In this document: positions 1 through 8,616 of the stretch, piece after piece
Layout: every line of letters begins with the position of its first letter
How positions within the stretch are numbered: the stretch's first letter is position 1
IMG/VR virus record: IMGVR_UViG_3300047551_002812
Location: 15,358 to 79,357 of that record
Reading direction: 5' to 3' (one strand)
Length of the DNA stretch: 64,000 nucleotides
Source: a virus
Translations under genes and position numbers: made by a program
The notes under the pieces: model-generated
Told to the model about the DNA's origin: nothing
The model's database searches: none
The model's input: only the letters and a program-made list of their open reading frames with translations

Positions 1-561
1 GGCCCCGAGCATTTTGGAGAGGGCGTCCCCGGATTCTTGGAGCTGTATGCCACTGGTCTGCCCGGTCAAGAACTTACCGAGGATGTCAGCGGCATTGCCC
101 CCCAGTCCGGCCCTGCGCGCTGCTGTCTGTAGATTCTGGATATCGGTAAGCACGCCGAGTCTGGCACCTTGGGACAGGTTCCTGGAGAGATACGGCGATA
201 CCCCCAGGGTCTTCTGGATGTCGCTTATCGTGGAACCAGTCTTCACAGCCACCTGACTGAGGGCCGAGGAGAAGTCCTCGACGATCCTGCTTGAGGCGGT
301 CTTGCTGAACCCCGCGTAGATGTTGGTCAGGATCAACGCCTGGTTCTCGGCCGCCTTTATCGCCTGAGCGGACGCGAGTCCCTGCTCGCCCATGCTTCTC
401 TGGAACTCCCTGTTGATCTGGGAGAGCGCATTACGGACCACATCGAGTTTTAGACCCGACACGAGGAACTTGTTGTCGAGCTGGGAGGAGAAGGCCTTGA
501 ACTCGCTGAGGGCCTTCTGCGTATTTGCTCTTATGTCTAGGATTACGGATGTAGTCGCCAT
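1..561 (-). CDS. Tape-measure-like protein, N-terminal part (runs off the window start)
   Basis: Not in the ORF track. My translation from ATG at 561 is open to base 1: MATTSVILDIRANTQKALSEFKAFSSQLDNKF... It is Ala/Ser/Gln-rich and helical with a typical TMP-like start, and lies directly downstream of the CIS-tube gene. Confidence 0.6.
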   Translation of the reverse strand, partial: MATTSVILDIRANTQKALSEFKAFSSQLDNKFLVSGLKLDVVRNALSQINREFQRSMGEQGLASAQAIKAAENQALILTNIYAGFSKTASSRIVEDFSSALSQVAVKTGSTISDIQKTLGVSPYLSRNLSQGARLGVLTDIQNLQTAARRAGLGGNAADILGKFLTGQTSGIQLQESGDALSKMLGA

Positions 562-567
562 GGGTTA

Positions 568-2571
568 TTACAGTGGAGTCCAGACACCGCCGGAGCATAC
601 CACCCCGCGATTGTTATTCACGAAGGGGCACTGGCCTGCTGTCCCGAACCTCTCCCCAGGAGTACTACACTTACCGGAGTACTTGGCGCATAGTTTCTGC
701 TGAGCAGGAGTTCCGTTGGTTCTCTCGTAGGTTCGTCTAGTTGTCCTCTGGCCCTCGCACTTCTTACTTGTTCTCACCCACTGATCGAGTGCTTTCTTGG
801 TAGTCTCGGTGCAAGCTCTCATGAACTGATATGCTCTAGTCTCAGGTTTCTCAGCACGGTTTATATCTCCGGGGACAAAGAGATCCTTTGACTTTAGAAT
901 ATCCTCAATAGTTTTCCTGTACGCGGACTTCTTGCACCCGGACTGAAGTTTATTATCCACGTAGGTTGATAACTCGACTGAAGAACTATATAGGTTACCT
1001 TTGATACTGTAGAATTGCGACTTTAGATCATTTATATCCCAGTGCGGGATAAACAGTGGGTTGTCCAGCTTTACGTAGAGTTGTTGAAGTTGCTTACTCT
1101 GCTTCAGTCCGAAGTCGCATAACTTCGCATCCCCGGACTTCTGACCTGCTGGCTCAGACGATTTCTGGTCGGGATTATCCCCCTCACCCGGATCAGACGA
1201 AGAAGGACCAGCAGGGGTGCTCGCACTGGTAGCTCCTTGGGATTGCTCCGTGGCATCGTAGACCATTGGGATCCTTCCCGGTCTTGCCACGTCAACGTAC
1301 CCATCGTTGATCGTCCACTCCGGTACCTGCTCGAGTGTGAAGGATAACTCGGCGTTCACGACCTCCCCCTCGTCCCACATTTTCTCCTTGATCGATATCT
1401 CCTTGATCACGCACGGGCCGAAAACCCTCTTACCCCACACGAACTCCAGCACCGGTGGACCGTCCTGTCCCTCGCCATCCCTAGCCATGAAAAGCTCGAA
1501 GATCCCCTGCTCTAACTCCTCTACCTTACGCCCGAAAACGTACCCGTTGAGAAGTACCGAATTGAACTTGAGTTGGGCGTTCTTGTTGTGACTCCAGTTC
1601 AACGGTTGGCCTGAGTTCGCCTTGTCACTTACCCCCCACGTCTCCGCGGTCTTGAACTCCGGTCCGGCGTTTACCTCAAGTTCGGACGGGTTGAAGAGGA
1701 ACTGCCACATTCCCTCGGTGAGGGTCCCGCTCTTGGCCGGAGTGAAATTACTTTTCGAGTCTGTCCTCTTACTCTGAGCTGGATTTACAAATCCATTCGG
1801 ATTAGCCGGTTTCAACTTACCGACGCCGGACGTCCTGTAGTTTGTCCCAAGAGCCGACTGCCCGTTCTTCTTCTGCGACGAGTCGGCCACAGTACCTGGT
1901 AGTGTAGTTGTGGTTGGTTTTGTGCTTGGGGATTGCGTGGCAAGTGCTACCTGCCTGATCTCCTGCTGAGCCTGATCGACCGATAGTTTCTCATTGTATC
2001 TAGCTATCCTGGTCTCCATGAATCCACTCTCTATCTCCCCGTCGTCGTTGATAACCACGTTATCCGGATCGATATTCGTCTGGACTATTCTCCCTTGGGC
2101 CGTATCTATAACCTCTGTGCTGATCCGGGTGGTCGTTCCATCCTCTCCCGTAACTACCGCCGCGGTGAAGTCGCTGGTGTACTGGATGAGTTGAGCACCC
2201 TCGCGCTCTATACCGTACCTCTCATTTATCACTCTGTTCAGTTCGGACTGAGGATCGGTACCCGGATCGAGTTGGGTGGCATCTATCGCTTGAGTGGTGG
2301 TCTCCGCCGTGGACTTACTCCCGGCTCTCTTCCATCTCCTGATGTACGCTACGGAGTTGCGAAGTGACCCGTCACCGAGCGGACCTTTCATGGAGAACTC
2401 CATGGAGTCCAGCACCGAGACAACATCGAGATTGGCTCCGAACAGACTACGGTGAGAGGAGAGCGCGGGTTTCTCTCCTCCAGTGGGAGGTTGCTGCTGA
2501 GCACTATCCACCTTAGCCTTCGTTTTGGCTCTTGAGATATTCTGCTGTATGAGATCCTCGCGGCCAGGCAT
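568..2571 (-). CDS. Tail tube-initiator/baseplate protein with a CIS_tube-like domain and long N- and C-terminal extensions
   Basis: The central segment FLFNPSEL...PPVLEFVWGKRVFGPCVIKEISIKEKMWDEGEVVNAELSFTLEQ matches the contractile-injection-system tube-initiator pattern. The C-terminus is Cys-rich. Confidence 0.65.
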   Translation of the reverse strand: MPGREDLIQQNISRAKTKAKVDSAQQQPPTGGEKPALSSHRSLFGANLDVVSVLDSMEFSMKGPLGDGSLRNSVAYIRRWKRAGSKSTAETTTQAIDATQLDPGTDPQSELNRVINERYGIEREGAQLIQYTSDFTAAVVTGEDGTTTRISTEVIDTAQGRIVQTNIDPDNVVINDDGEIESGFMETRIARYNEKLSVDQAQQEIRQVALATQSPSTKPTTTTLPGTVADSSQKKNGQSALGTNYRTSGVGKLKPANPNGFVNPAQSKRTDSKSNFTPAKSGTLTEGMWQFLFNPSELEVNAGPEFKTAETWGVSDKANSGQPLNWSHNKNAQLKFNSVLLNGYVFGRKVEELEQGIFELFMARDGEGQDGPPVLEFVWGKRVFGPCVIKEISIKEKMWDEGEVVNAELSFTLEQVPEWTINDGYVDVARPGRIPMVYDATEQSQGATSASTPAGPSSSDPGEGDNPDQKSSEPAGQKSGDAKLCDFGLKQSKQLQQLYVKLDNPLFIPHWDINDLKSQFYSIKGNLYSSSVELSTYVDNKLQSGCKKSAYRKTIEDILKSKDLFVPGDINRAEKPETRAYQFMRACTETTKKALDQWVRTSKKCEGQRTTRRTYERTNGTPAQQKLCAKYSGKCSTPGERFGTAGQCPFVNNNRGVVCSGGVWTPL

Positions 2572-2599
2572 CGGAAAGTGGACTATATCTCTATAGTTT

Positions 2600-2607
2600 C
2601 TTTAAAC
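2600..2607 (-). promoter_or_regulatory. Putative late promoter GTTTAAAG
   Basis: Exact motif about 30 bp upstream of ATG 2571; recurs before many structural genes. Confidence 0.65.
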
Positions 2608-2616
2608 CCGAATAGT

Positions 2617-3195
2617 TTATTGGTACTTCCAAATGTAAGGGCGGGTGGAGGGAGGCGTTGGTGGTGATGAGGCGGTTGTATTAGGTGAGGATCCTTGGCC
2701 GGTTGACAGTGCTGAAGTTCCTTGAAGTCCAGATCCGTCAATATTTGAGTCTACTCCAAACTCACTCTGCGGCACGTCATTAAACTCTGATCCCCAACTA
2801 TCTAGTTTATCTCCAGTATCACTACCTGTCATATCATTAACTGGTCTCCAAGCGTTTCCTCCAGAATCCCATAGTGGCTCGTCACGTAATGGAGCGTTCG
2901 CGTCTGTCTCATCTGATTCCCAAAGAGCCTCGGTTCTTAGTGGTGCGCCTCCTTCTCCAGAATCCCACAGTGGTTCTGGTCTTAATGGTGGATTATAACT
3001 ACTCTCACCTGAGTCCCATAGCGGTTCATAACCTCCAACTGCCTGAGTAGGAACCGGATCGATCCCCCAAAGTTGACCATTTGTCAAATTTGTCCTGACT
3101 GGTTCCACACTTTCTTGGAGTTCAGAGCCAAAGGAAATAGTTTGCACAGTTGCTTCTGGACTCCAGGCATCTAATTTAGGATCATTATACGCCAT
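2617..3195 (-). CDS. Acidic low-complexity protein with four (PLR)xEPLWDSG-type repeats
   Basis: 192 aa ORF with repeats EPLWDSG, EPLWDSG, EALWESD, EPLWDSG. The variant GATTAAAG lies at 3217-3224 upstream. Confidence 0.7.
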   Translation of the reverse strand: MAYNDPKLDAWSPEATVQTISFGSELQESVEPVRTNLTNGQLWGIDPVPTQAVGGYEPLWDSGESSYNPPLRPEPLWDSGEGGAPLRTEALWESDETDANAPLRDEPLWDSGGNAWRPVNDMTGSDTGDKLDSWGSEFNDVPQSEFGVDSNIDGSGLQGTSALSTGQGSSPNTTASSPPTPPSTRPYIWKYQ

Positions 3196-3223
3196 ATTAC
3201 TGCTCTATATGGATAACTTTAAT

Positions 3224-4213
3224 CTATACAGGCTCGTCAGCGTGATCAGAACTCCATTGGATAGCACTCATTACCACATTGCCGGCATCCCAGTCCCAGT
3301 CGGAGAAGTGTGGATTCTTCTCGATACTCTCCATCATCCACTGGTACACCGCGCTCCCCACGACCTCCGGCATCCTCGCCAGCCTTGAGGTATTCCTCCA
3401 CACGCACTCGTACCTCGATCCCTTCTTCCCGTCGAATGTCTCCACGTCCTTAAGAATACCCAGGACTTTCTTCTTGACGTAGGATCGTTTGGAAGCGGTG
3501 AGTTCACCGAGGATCTTACGTTGAAGCTTGGAATCGCCCCATTCCGATCCTTCTGGCTTTACAACGTTCCTCTCTGATTTGGTCAGGTATTGTTCCGCGT
3601 TGATCGCCTTAGCGATCTTCTCCAGATCATCAACCGAGGCGCAGTACTCAGCCTCAACAGAAATAACGCTATTTGCAAGTGAGCCAAAATATAACCTAGC
3701 GACATCAACACATTGCTTATCGCCATCGAAGGCGTAGGCAAGTCCGGTCGAGAGTCTTTTCGCCTGATCAAAGTCAACGACCTCCCGGTCAGCGAAGATA
3801 ATCCCGCGGTGTTTCGGATGTTCCGGGGAGGAACTGAAACTGTGGTGGATTATAGAGAACTTTAGACCTAACTCCGCGGCTCGGAGTTGGATCTCCTCCG
3901 TCGACTCTCCGTTGTCGAAGTCGATAGCGAACACCTGACACGACTTGAAGAGTCCCTCGACGCGACGGGGACGTTTCCAGTTGGGACAGACGTTGAAGAC
4001 GAACGGACTCCAGGTCTGACCACGGGAGATGAAGCGAGCGAGGGACTTCGGAGTTACCTCCTCGATAGAGGAACCGAGACGGGCGCCGATGACCCGGACC
4101 TCGGTCTTGGGGTTGCCGAACTTATCCACCTCGGAACGGTACTGAAGCTTCGAGGAGGGTTTGTGGTCCCACTGCTCGGAGTCGATGGATACACTGGCGG
4201 AGATTTTAGTCAT
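3224..4213 (-). CDS. Archaeo-eukaryotic primase (Prim-Pol type)
   Basis: AEP motifs FAIDFD (DxD), HHSFSS..HPKHR and the later D..RLY; adjacent to an SF3 helicase. Confidence 0.7.
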   Translation of the reverse strand: MTKISASVSIDSEQWDHKPSSKLQYRSEVDKFGNPKTEVRVIGARLGSSIEEVTPKSLARFISRGQTWSPFVFNVCPNWKRPRRVEGLFKSCQVFAIDFDNGESTEEIQLRAAELGLKFSIIHHSFSSSPEHPKHRGIIFADREVVDFDQAKRLSTGLAYAFDGDKQCVDVARLYFGSLANSVISVEAEYCASVDDLEKIAKAINAEQYLTKSERNVVKPEGSEWGDSKLQRKILGELTASKRSYVKKKVLGILKDVETFDGKKGSRYECVWRNTSRLARMPEVVGSAVYQWMMESIEKNPHFSDWDWDAGNVVMSAIQWSSDHADEPV

Positions 4214-4219
4214 GAGATT

Positions 4220-4228
4220 ATTCTACCA
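4220..4228 (-). promoter_or_regulatory. Extended -10 promoter TGGTAGAAT (likely leaderless primase mRNA)
   Basis: TGn-TAGAAT with only 6 nt between it and ATG 4213. Confidence 0.55.
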
Positions 4229-4278
4229 AAGGATGAGTACAGGATCTAGCCATTTCACATGTTGTCACAAACCCCCTA

Positions 4279-6120
4279 TCACACTTTTTGGGGATCGTAG
4301 GTTGGATCATAAATCCACTCCACGTTAGCTTTTGTCCTATCGGAGTAGATCGGTTCCAGTTCCTCGTCGGTCATCTGCTCGATAATCTTTTTAGCCAGTT
4401 CGTAAATCTTATTCTTCTCCCCTTTCACCATCTCCCACGTGCGGACGATATGCGTCATCTTCTTGCCCATCGAGAATCCGTCGCGGAGTCGAAGAACATC
4501 GAATACGTTCTCAGTAGTGAGAGCTACATCCTTGTCGTTCTTGTACGTGTTGAAGATCTCGTAGGCTTTATCAATGGAGGTAATGAGGAGTTTCCGTTGA
4601 GCCCAGTACGGGTGCCACTGGCTCCTATGGCGATCATTCCAGTCCTCCTTGAGCAGGTTGCGGAACTTATCGGCCCTCTTATCGATCATCAGGAACCTGG
4701 TTGCTTCGAGGATCTCCGCCAATGACCCCAAAGTAAGTTCTGGGAGCCAGTTCCCCTCGCCCTTGCGCTGGCGGATCGCGTATGCCAGAAAACCGAAGCG
4801 GATGAAGCACTCCAGTGAGTTCTTGTGGATCTGGATCCGCATGTACGGTAACAGAGACTCGGAGTAGAAGTGGACATCCTCGGAATTCCCGCACTTCTCC
4901 AAAAAGAAGTCGGTGCAGTCACGGAGAACTCGTAAGTAGAGAGACATGGGGTCCGTGTCGTACTTCTCACAGAGCCACCTGATATGGGAACCGGGGTGGA
5001 TGTCATGACCCTCCTCACCACTCATCTCCTCGATCTCGAAGAGTCGGTAGGTGGAGATGGGGGCGAGGCGACTGATGGCTCCCGAGTCGAGAGAGTAAGT
5101 GATCTCTGGTTTCCACTCGTTACAGTTGGCAAGAATGACTGTATTAGCGACAACTTCCACGGCATCTACACCTTTATTCTCAATTTTTTCTGTTCCTCCA
5201 GTGACTACCGATTTGAAACTGTGAGCCTTGAGCATCTTCTCAAGACTCTCTAGTGTGAGATCGTCATTGTACGCCAGATGGGACGTGATCACCGATCCCT
5301 GGTTGAAACGAGATCCAAAATCCCCCATCGCGGAGACATCGTATCCAACGTACTTCATAGCGTTAAGAATACCGTTTAGGGTGATTGTCTTACCTACTCC
5401 AGGTTCACCAATTACCACACCGGCCTTCCTGAACCCGTGCTCGAGGATCTCTCCGGTCCCCGGGTGAATGGAACCGCTCCGACCCACACAGGCCCGACCG
5501 ATGATCAGTTTGACCATCTGGGCCTCGTGGTAGGGAAAGATCTTCACGATATCCTCGAAGGTGAGTTCCTGGAGTTCCTCGGTAAACCAGTCCTTCTCTG
5601 GGACGTAGGCGTAGGTCTCCTCGATGGCCTTCTTGTTACCTTTATTTTTATTTGGTGAGTGAGCGATGCCAAGTTTGTACTGCCCCCCGCCCATCTTCTT
5701 GTGGCGCAGGGCCTTGAGGTTCTCCAGACCGAGAACATGGTCAGTGATCTCGCTACTTCTCCCGCTGCGGTAGACGAAGAGAGGAACGGCGAACTCCTGT
5801 TCCTCCGCGCCGATCTCCTCTACGCAAGTCTCGTCGAGGATCAGATCCTGCGCAGCCTCAAGGCGATATTCAGAAGCCGGGACCAGAAACTGGAACCACT
5901 TGGGATACCGGATACTCTTCGGTGCCATAGGATCCATAGAAGGATCATGCTCTTCGTAGAGAGAGTGGAAGCTTTGGAGTTTTGCATTGTAGTCAAAGCG
6001 AAGATGATAACCCTTATTCTCGAGCCAGGCTAGAATCGACTTGTACATTTTCGAGGGACCCTTCACCCCCAGAGTCTCCTTAGCGGAGGAGTGTCCTTGT
6101 TTCTTTGATTCTGCTGCCAT
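4279..6120 (-). CDS. SF3 (D5-like) replicative helicase
   Basis: Walker A GEPGVGKT, Walker B LAYNDD, motif C VILANCN, and the Arg-finger region GAISR. Confidence 0.8.
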   Translation of the reverse strand: MAAESKKQGHSSAKETLGVKGPSKMYKSILAWLENKGYHLRFDYNAKLQSFHSLYEEHDPSMDPMAPKSIRYPKWFQFLVPASEYRLEAAQDLILDETCVEEIGAEEQEFAVPLFVYRSGRSSEITDHVLGLENLKALRHKKMGGGQYKLGIAHSPNKNKGNKKAIEETYAYVPEKDWFTEELQELTFEDIVKIFPYHEAQMVKLIIGRACVGRSGSIHPGTGEILEHGFRKAGVVIGEPGVGKTITLNGILNAMKYVGYDVSAMGDFGSRFNQGSVITSHLAYNDDLTLESLEKMLKAHSFKSVVTGGTEKIENKGVDAVEVVANTVILANCNEWKPEITYSLDSGAISRLAPISTYRLFEIEEMSGEEGHDIHPGSHIRWLCEKYDTDPMSLYLRVLRDCTDFFLEKCGNSEDVHFYSESLLPYMRIQIHKNSLECFIRFGFLAYAIRQRKGEGNWLPELTLGSLAEILEATRFLMIDKRADKFRNLLKEDWNDRHRSQWHPYWAQRKLLITSIDKAYEIFNTYKNDKDVALTTENVFDVLRLRDGFSMGKKMTHIVRTWEMVKGEKNKIYELAKKIIEQMTDEELEPIYSDRTKANVEWIYDPTYDPQKV

Positions 6121-6149
6121 AAAGAGAAAAGTCCCAGGTTATCTGGGAC
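6121..6149 (-). terminator. Rho-independent terminator overlapping the helicase promoter (TATAAT at 6151-6156)
   Basis: Stem GTCCCAG/CTGGGAC (6131-6149) followed on the minus strand by TTTTCTCTTT. Confidence 0.6.
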
Positions 6150-6168
6150 CATTATAGGATAGAAGCGG

Positions 6169-7449
6169 TCAGTCGTCGAGGACTGATACGAGAGATTTAA
6201 GATCCTTCACGATCGAGTCCTTAAGCTCCTTTAGTCTTTTGATGGTTATTCTTAGGTCCTTGACGCATTTTTTATCGTCTTTCTCCTTGCACTTCGAGAC
6301 CTGTTCGGTTTGCTCTTTGATCTGGAGTTTCAGATCCTCCTGCTCTACGACTAACTTCTTGCATTTATCGAACATCTCGAGTTCCTCCGCGACGCTGAGG
6401 CAGAGGGTCTTATTCTTCCCGCGCAGTTCCGGGTTGGAGTTCTCCAGTCTGACTTTCCTCGCTTTGGAGAGGAAGAACTGCTTCTCGTCGTGGTGGGTCT
6501 CTCCGATCTCTGGCATGAAGAGTCCCTTTGACCGGAGGAAGTTTCTCGCGGAGAGTAGGTGGTCTTCTCGATCGGACACTAGATCCGAGTTGAGAACCTT
6601 AGAGAGCGTCTTCGTATCCTCCTTGGTGAATCTCCACTCTGTATCCTCGTTGTACAGGTCGAAGAACCTCAGCGGGGTCCCTGGGAGCAGGTTGTCCCCG
6701 GCGTCTCCTAAGTTCTCCTTGACTATGTAGCAACCGTACGCTGACTCGATGACGAACTTGTCCTTTCTGAGGTAGTAGTCGCAGACCTCACGTTCCGACC
6801 GGAGTCTAGGTAGCCACGGACCGGTATTGGCCCACACGATGCCATGTGAGTCGGACACCAGCCCCTGCCAGTCCCCGTCTACCGTGGAGAGGATGATCTG
6901 CCGCTGAGACAGTGGAGTACCCTTCCGGGCCTTACGCTTAAGCCTGCAGATATGCCCGGCTATATCATCCGCCTCGAAGAACTCTTTGGCGAAGTAGGGG
7001 AACGAGGAGCCCTTGGATAAGATGTACTCGTACCCCGCGGCCTCGGTGAGATCGAAGTGCGGGGTCTTCTCCCCTCGGCCGCCTTTGTACTCCGCCAGGT
7101 CAAGTTTGTGAGCCTCGATATGCCTCCAATATCCCACCCCAGTTGTCGAGGCTTCGGAGAACTCCGGATCGAATCGTCCCTTAAGGTCATCTACCACCAC
7201 TCCGACGAACGGGAAAGGCCGGAGCATATCCGGCCCGCGATTGAGCTTATAGGCCCACATCGCCTTCATGATGGTTCTCAGTTCTTTCTCGTCTTTTGCA
7301 ACTTCGGAGGCCAGTTGGGCGTACTTGTTGATCGCGTGGGCGTACACCTTGAAGTCGATAACAACAACCGGGCAGTACGGATCGGTAATCGGCTCGAATA
7401 CGTCCTCGAGTAGGGTGGAGGTGTGGTCGTATGAGGGAAGCGATATCAA
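6169..7449 (-). CDS. 5'-3' exonuclease / flap endonuclease (T4 RNase H-like) with C-terminal coiled coil
   Basis: FEN motifs VVVIDF, YKGGR, EADDIAG, STVDGDWQGL and GDAGDNL. Confidence 0.85.
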   Translation of the reverse strand: MISLPSYDHTSTLLEDVFEPITDPYCPVVVIDFKVYAHAINKYAQLASEVAKDEKELRTIMKAMWAYKLNRGPDMLRPFPFVGVVVDDLKGRFDPEFSEASTTGVGYWRHIEAHKLDLAEYKGGRGEKTPHFDLTEAAGYEYILSKGSSFPYFAKEFFEADDIAGHICRLKRKARKGTPLSQRQIILSTVDGDWQGLVSDSHGIVWANTGPWLPRLRSEREVCDYYLRKDKFVIESAYGCYIVKENLGDAGDNLLPGTPLRFFDLYNEDTEWRFTKEDTKTLSKVLNSDLVSDREDHLLSARNFLRSKGLFMPEIGETHHDEKQFFLSKARKVRLENSNPELRGKNKTLCLSVAEELEMFDKCKKLVVEQEDLKLQIKEQTEQVSKCKEKDDKKCVKDLRITIKRLKELKDSIVKDLKSLVSVLDD

Positions 7450-8282
7450 TTCGCCACCTCCATGCGGACGGAGGGATGGGACTCGTAATTGATGATCTCG
7501 AAGTCGGTCTCTGGATCTAGGTCGAAGATGTTCTTCTCGTTGTTGATCCAGACATCACAAGCGGACATGGGTACGTTCTTGATGATGGACTCGATCGCCA
7601 TCTCGTTCTGGGAGTAGATGTGGTTGTTGGCCGAGGCGAACATCACGAACCGAGGTACGAGATTAGCGTCTTGGGCCATCTTGGTAGTAAGAAGGCCATA
7701 GCGGAACATATCCAGAGGTACTCCGGTGGCCATGTCATTACTCCGCGCGTTGACCATCAGATCAAGATAAGTCCCATCGCTAGAAAACACGAGGTTAGGA
7801 TGACAAGGAGGGCAGTGAAGAGAATCGTAAGAAGGATTGAAAGTCTGAAGCACCAACTGGCGATTGGTCGGGTTGGTTCGGAGTTGCTCCCAGATCCACT
7901 TGAGTTGGTCGAATGGCGCATTACGAAACTTCTCCCACTGCATACTCTGCTCTGGACAGGCCTGGGGCCAGGATCGCCAGGAACGCCCGTAGGATCCCGC
8001 GAGACGGCCCTCGGTATCCGCCAGAAAGTCCCAGAAGTGCTTAGCGGGACCGAGATTCGTGACTCGGTAGTCCCCGTTGACATCCCACATGAACTCTCGG
8101 AAGAGGTTACGCACGGGCATCTTGCGGAGAGTGAGAGCGGGAAATCCCTCCCGAAGGTCGATCTTGATGGTCTGGCCGAACATCTGCTTATAGCGGAGAT
8201 TATTCCGACCGACAACCTCGGTTCCCTCGGTCAGGATCTCCTTGGCGATCTTGATGTACTGGTAGTCAAATGGCAGAGTCAT
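7446..8282 (-). CDS. thyA: Thymidylate synthase-family enzyme with Asp at the Asn177 position (candidate dCMP methylase/hydroxymethylase)
   Basis: TS motifs DLREGFP, EFMW, YGRSWRSW, DQL, PPCH (Cys160), RSND..GVPLD (Asp191), HIY and C-terminal VAN. The family call is firm; substrate specificity is inferred. Confidence 0.85.
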   Translation of the reverse strand: MTLPFDYQYIKIAKEILTEGTEVVGRNNLRYKQMFGQTIKIDLREGFPALTLRKMPVRNLFREFMWDVNGDYRVTNLGPAKHFWDFLADTEGRLAGSYGRSWRSWPQACPEQSMQWEKFRNAPFDQLKWIWEQLRTNPTNRQLVLQTFNPSYDSLHCPPCHPNLVFSSDGTYLDLMVNARSNDMATGVPLDMFRYGLLTTKMAQDANLVPRFVMFASANNHIYSQNEMAIESIIKNVPMSACDVWINNEKNIFDLDPETDFEIINYESHPSVRMEVAN

Positions 8283-8311
8283 GGTCTCCCTTGATGAATG
8301 ATTTGATTGTC

Positions 8312-8320
8312 ATTCTATCA
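8312..8320 (-). promoter_or_regulatory. Extended -10 promoter TGATAGAAT
   Basis: An identical 9-mer precedes the dUTPase-like gene, nrdA and nrdB. Confidence 0.65.
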
Positions 8321-8334
8321 TGGGTAGGAACCGA

Positions 8335-8577
8335 TCACTGAATGTCGAAATATTTTTTAACTAGTAGTTTTTGGAGCTTCACGAACTTGCGGAGGGGGTA
8401 GTCGTACTCCATCGCCCACTGGAGGAGGGAACGGCTTCCCATCTCCACGAGGTCCATGTCCGGATCTTCCGCTATAACATTCTCCTTCGCTACGAAGAAT
8501 TTTTCACCGTCGCGAGCCACGACGAGCCATGGGATCTGCTTGTCAAAGCGGATCGGTTTTGAGATTCTTTCGATCAT
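8335..8577 (-). CDS. Hypothetical protein
   Basis: 80 aa ORF filling the gap, co-oriented with its neighbours. Confidence 0.6.
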   Translation of the reverse strand: MIERISKPIRFDKQIPWLVVARDGEKFFVAKENVIAEDPDMDLVEMGSRSLLQWAMEYDYPLRKFVKLQKLLVKKYFDIQ

Positions 8578-8616
8578 TATGTATTTAAGTCGGTGTTTGG
8601 TTGCTAAGAACCACGT

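Noticed and set aside
2860-3035. CRISPR-like or DNA-level repeat array
   Set aside because: The repeats are in frame, synonymously diverged and short-spaced, so they are protein-level repeats. No cas genes are present.
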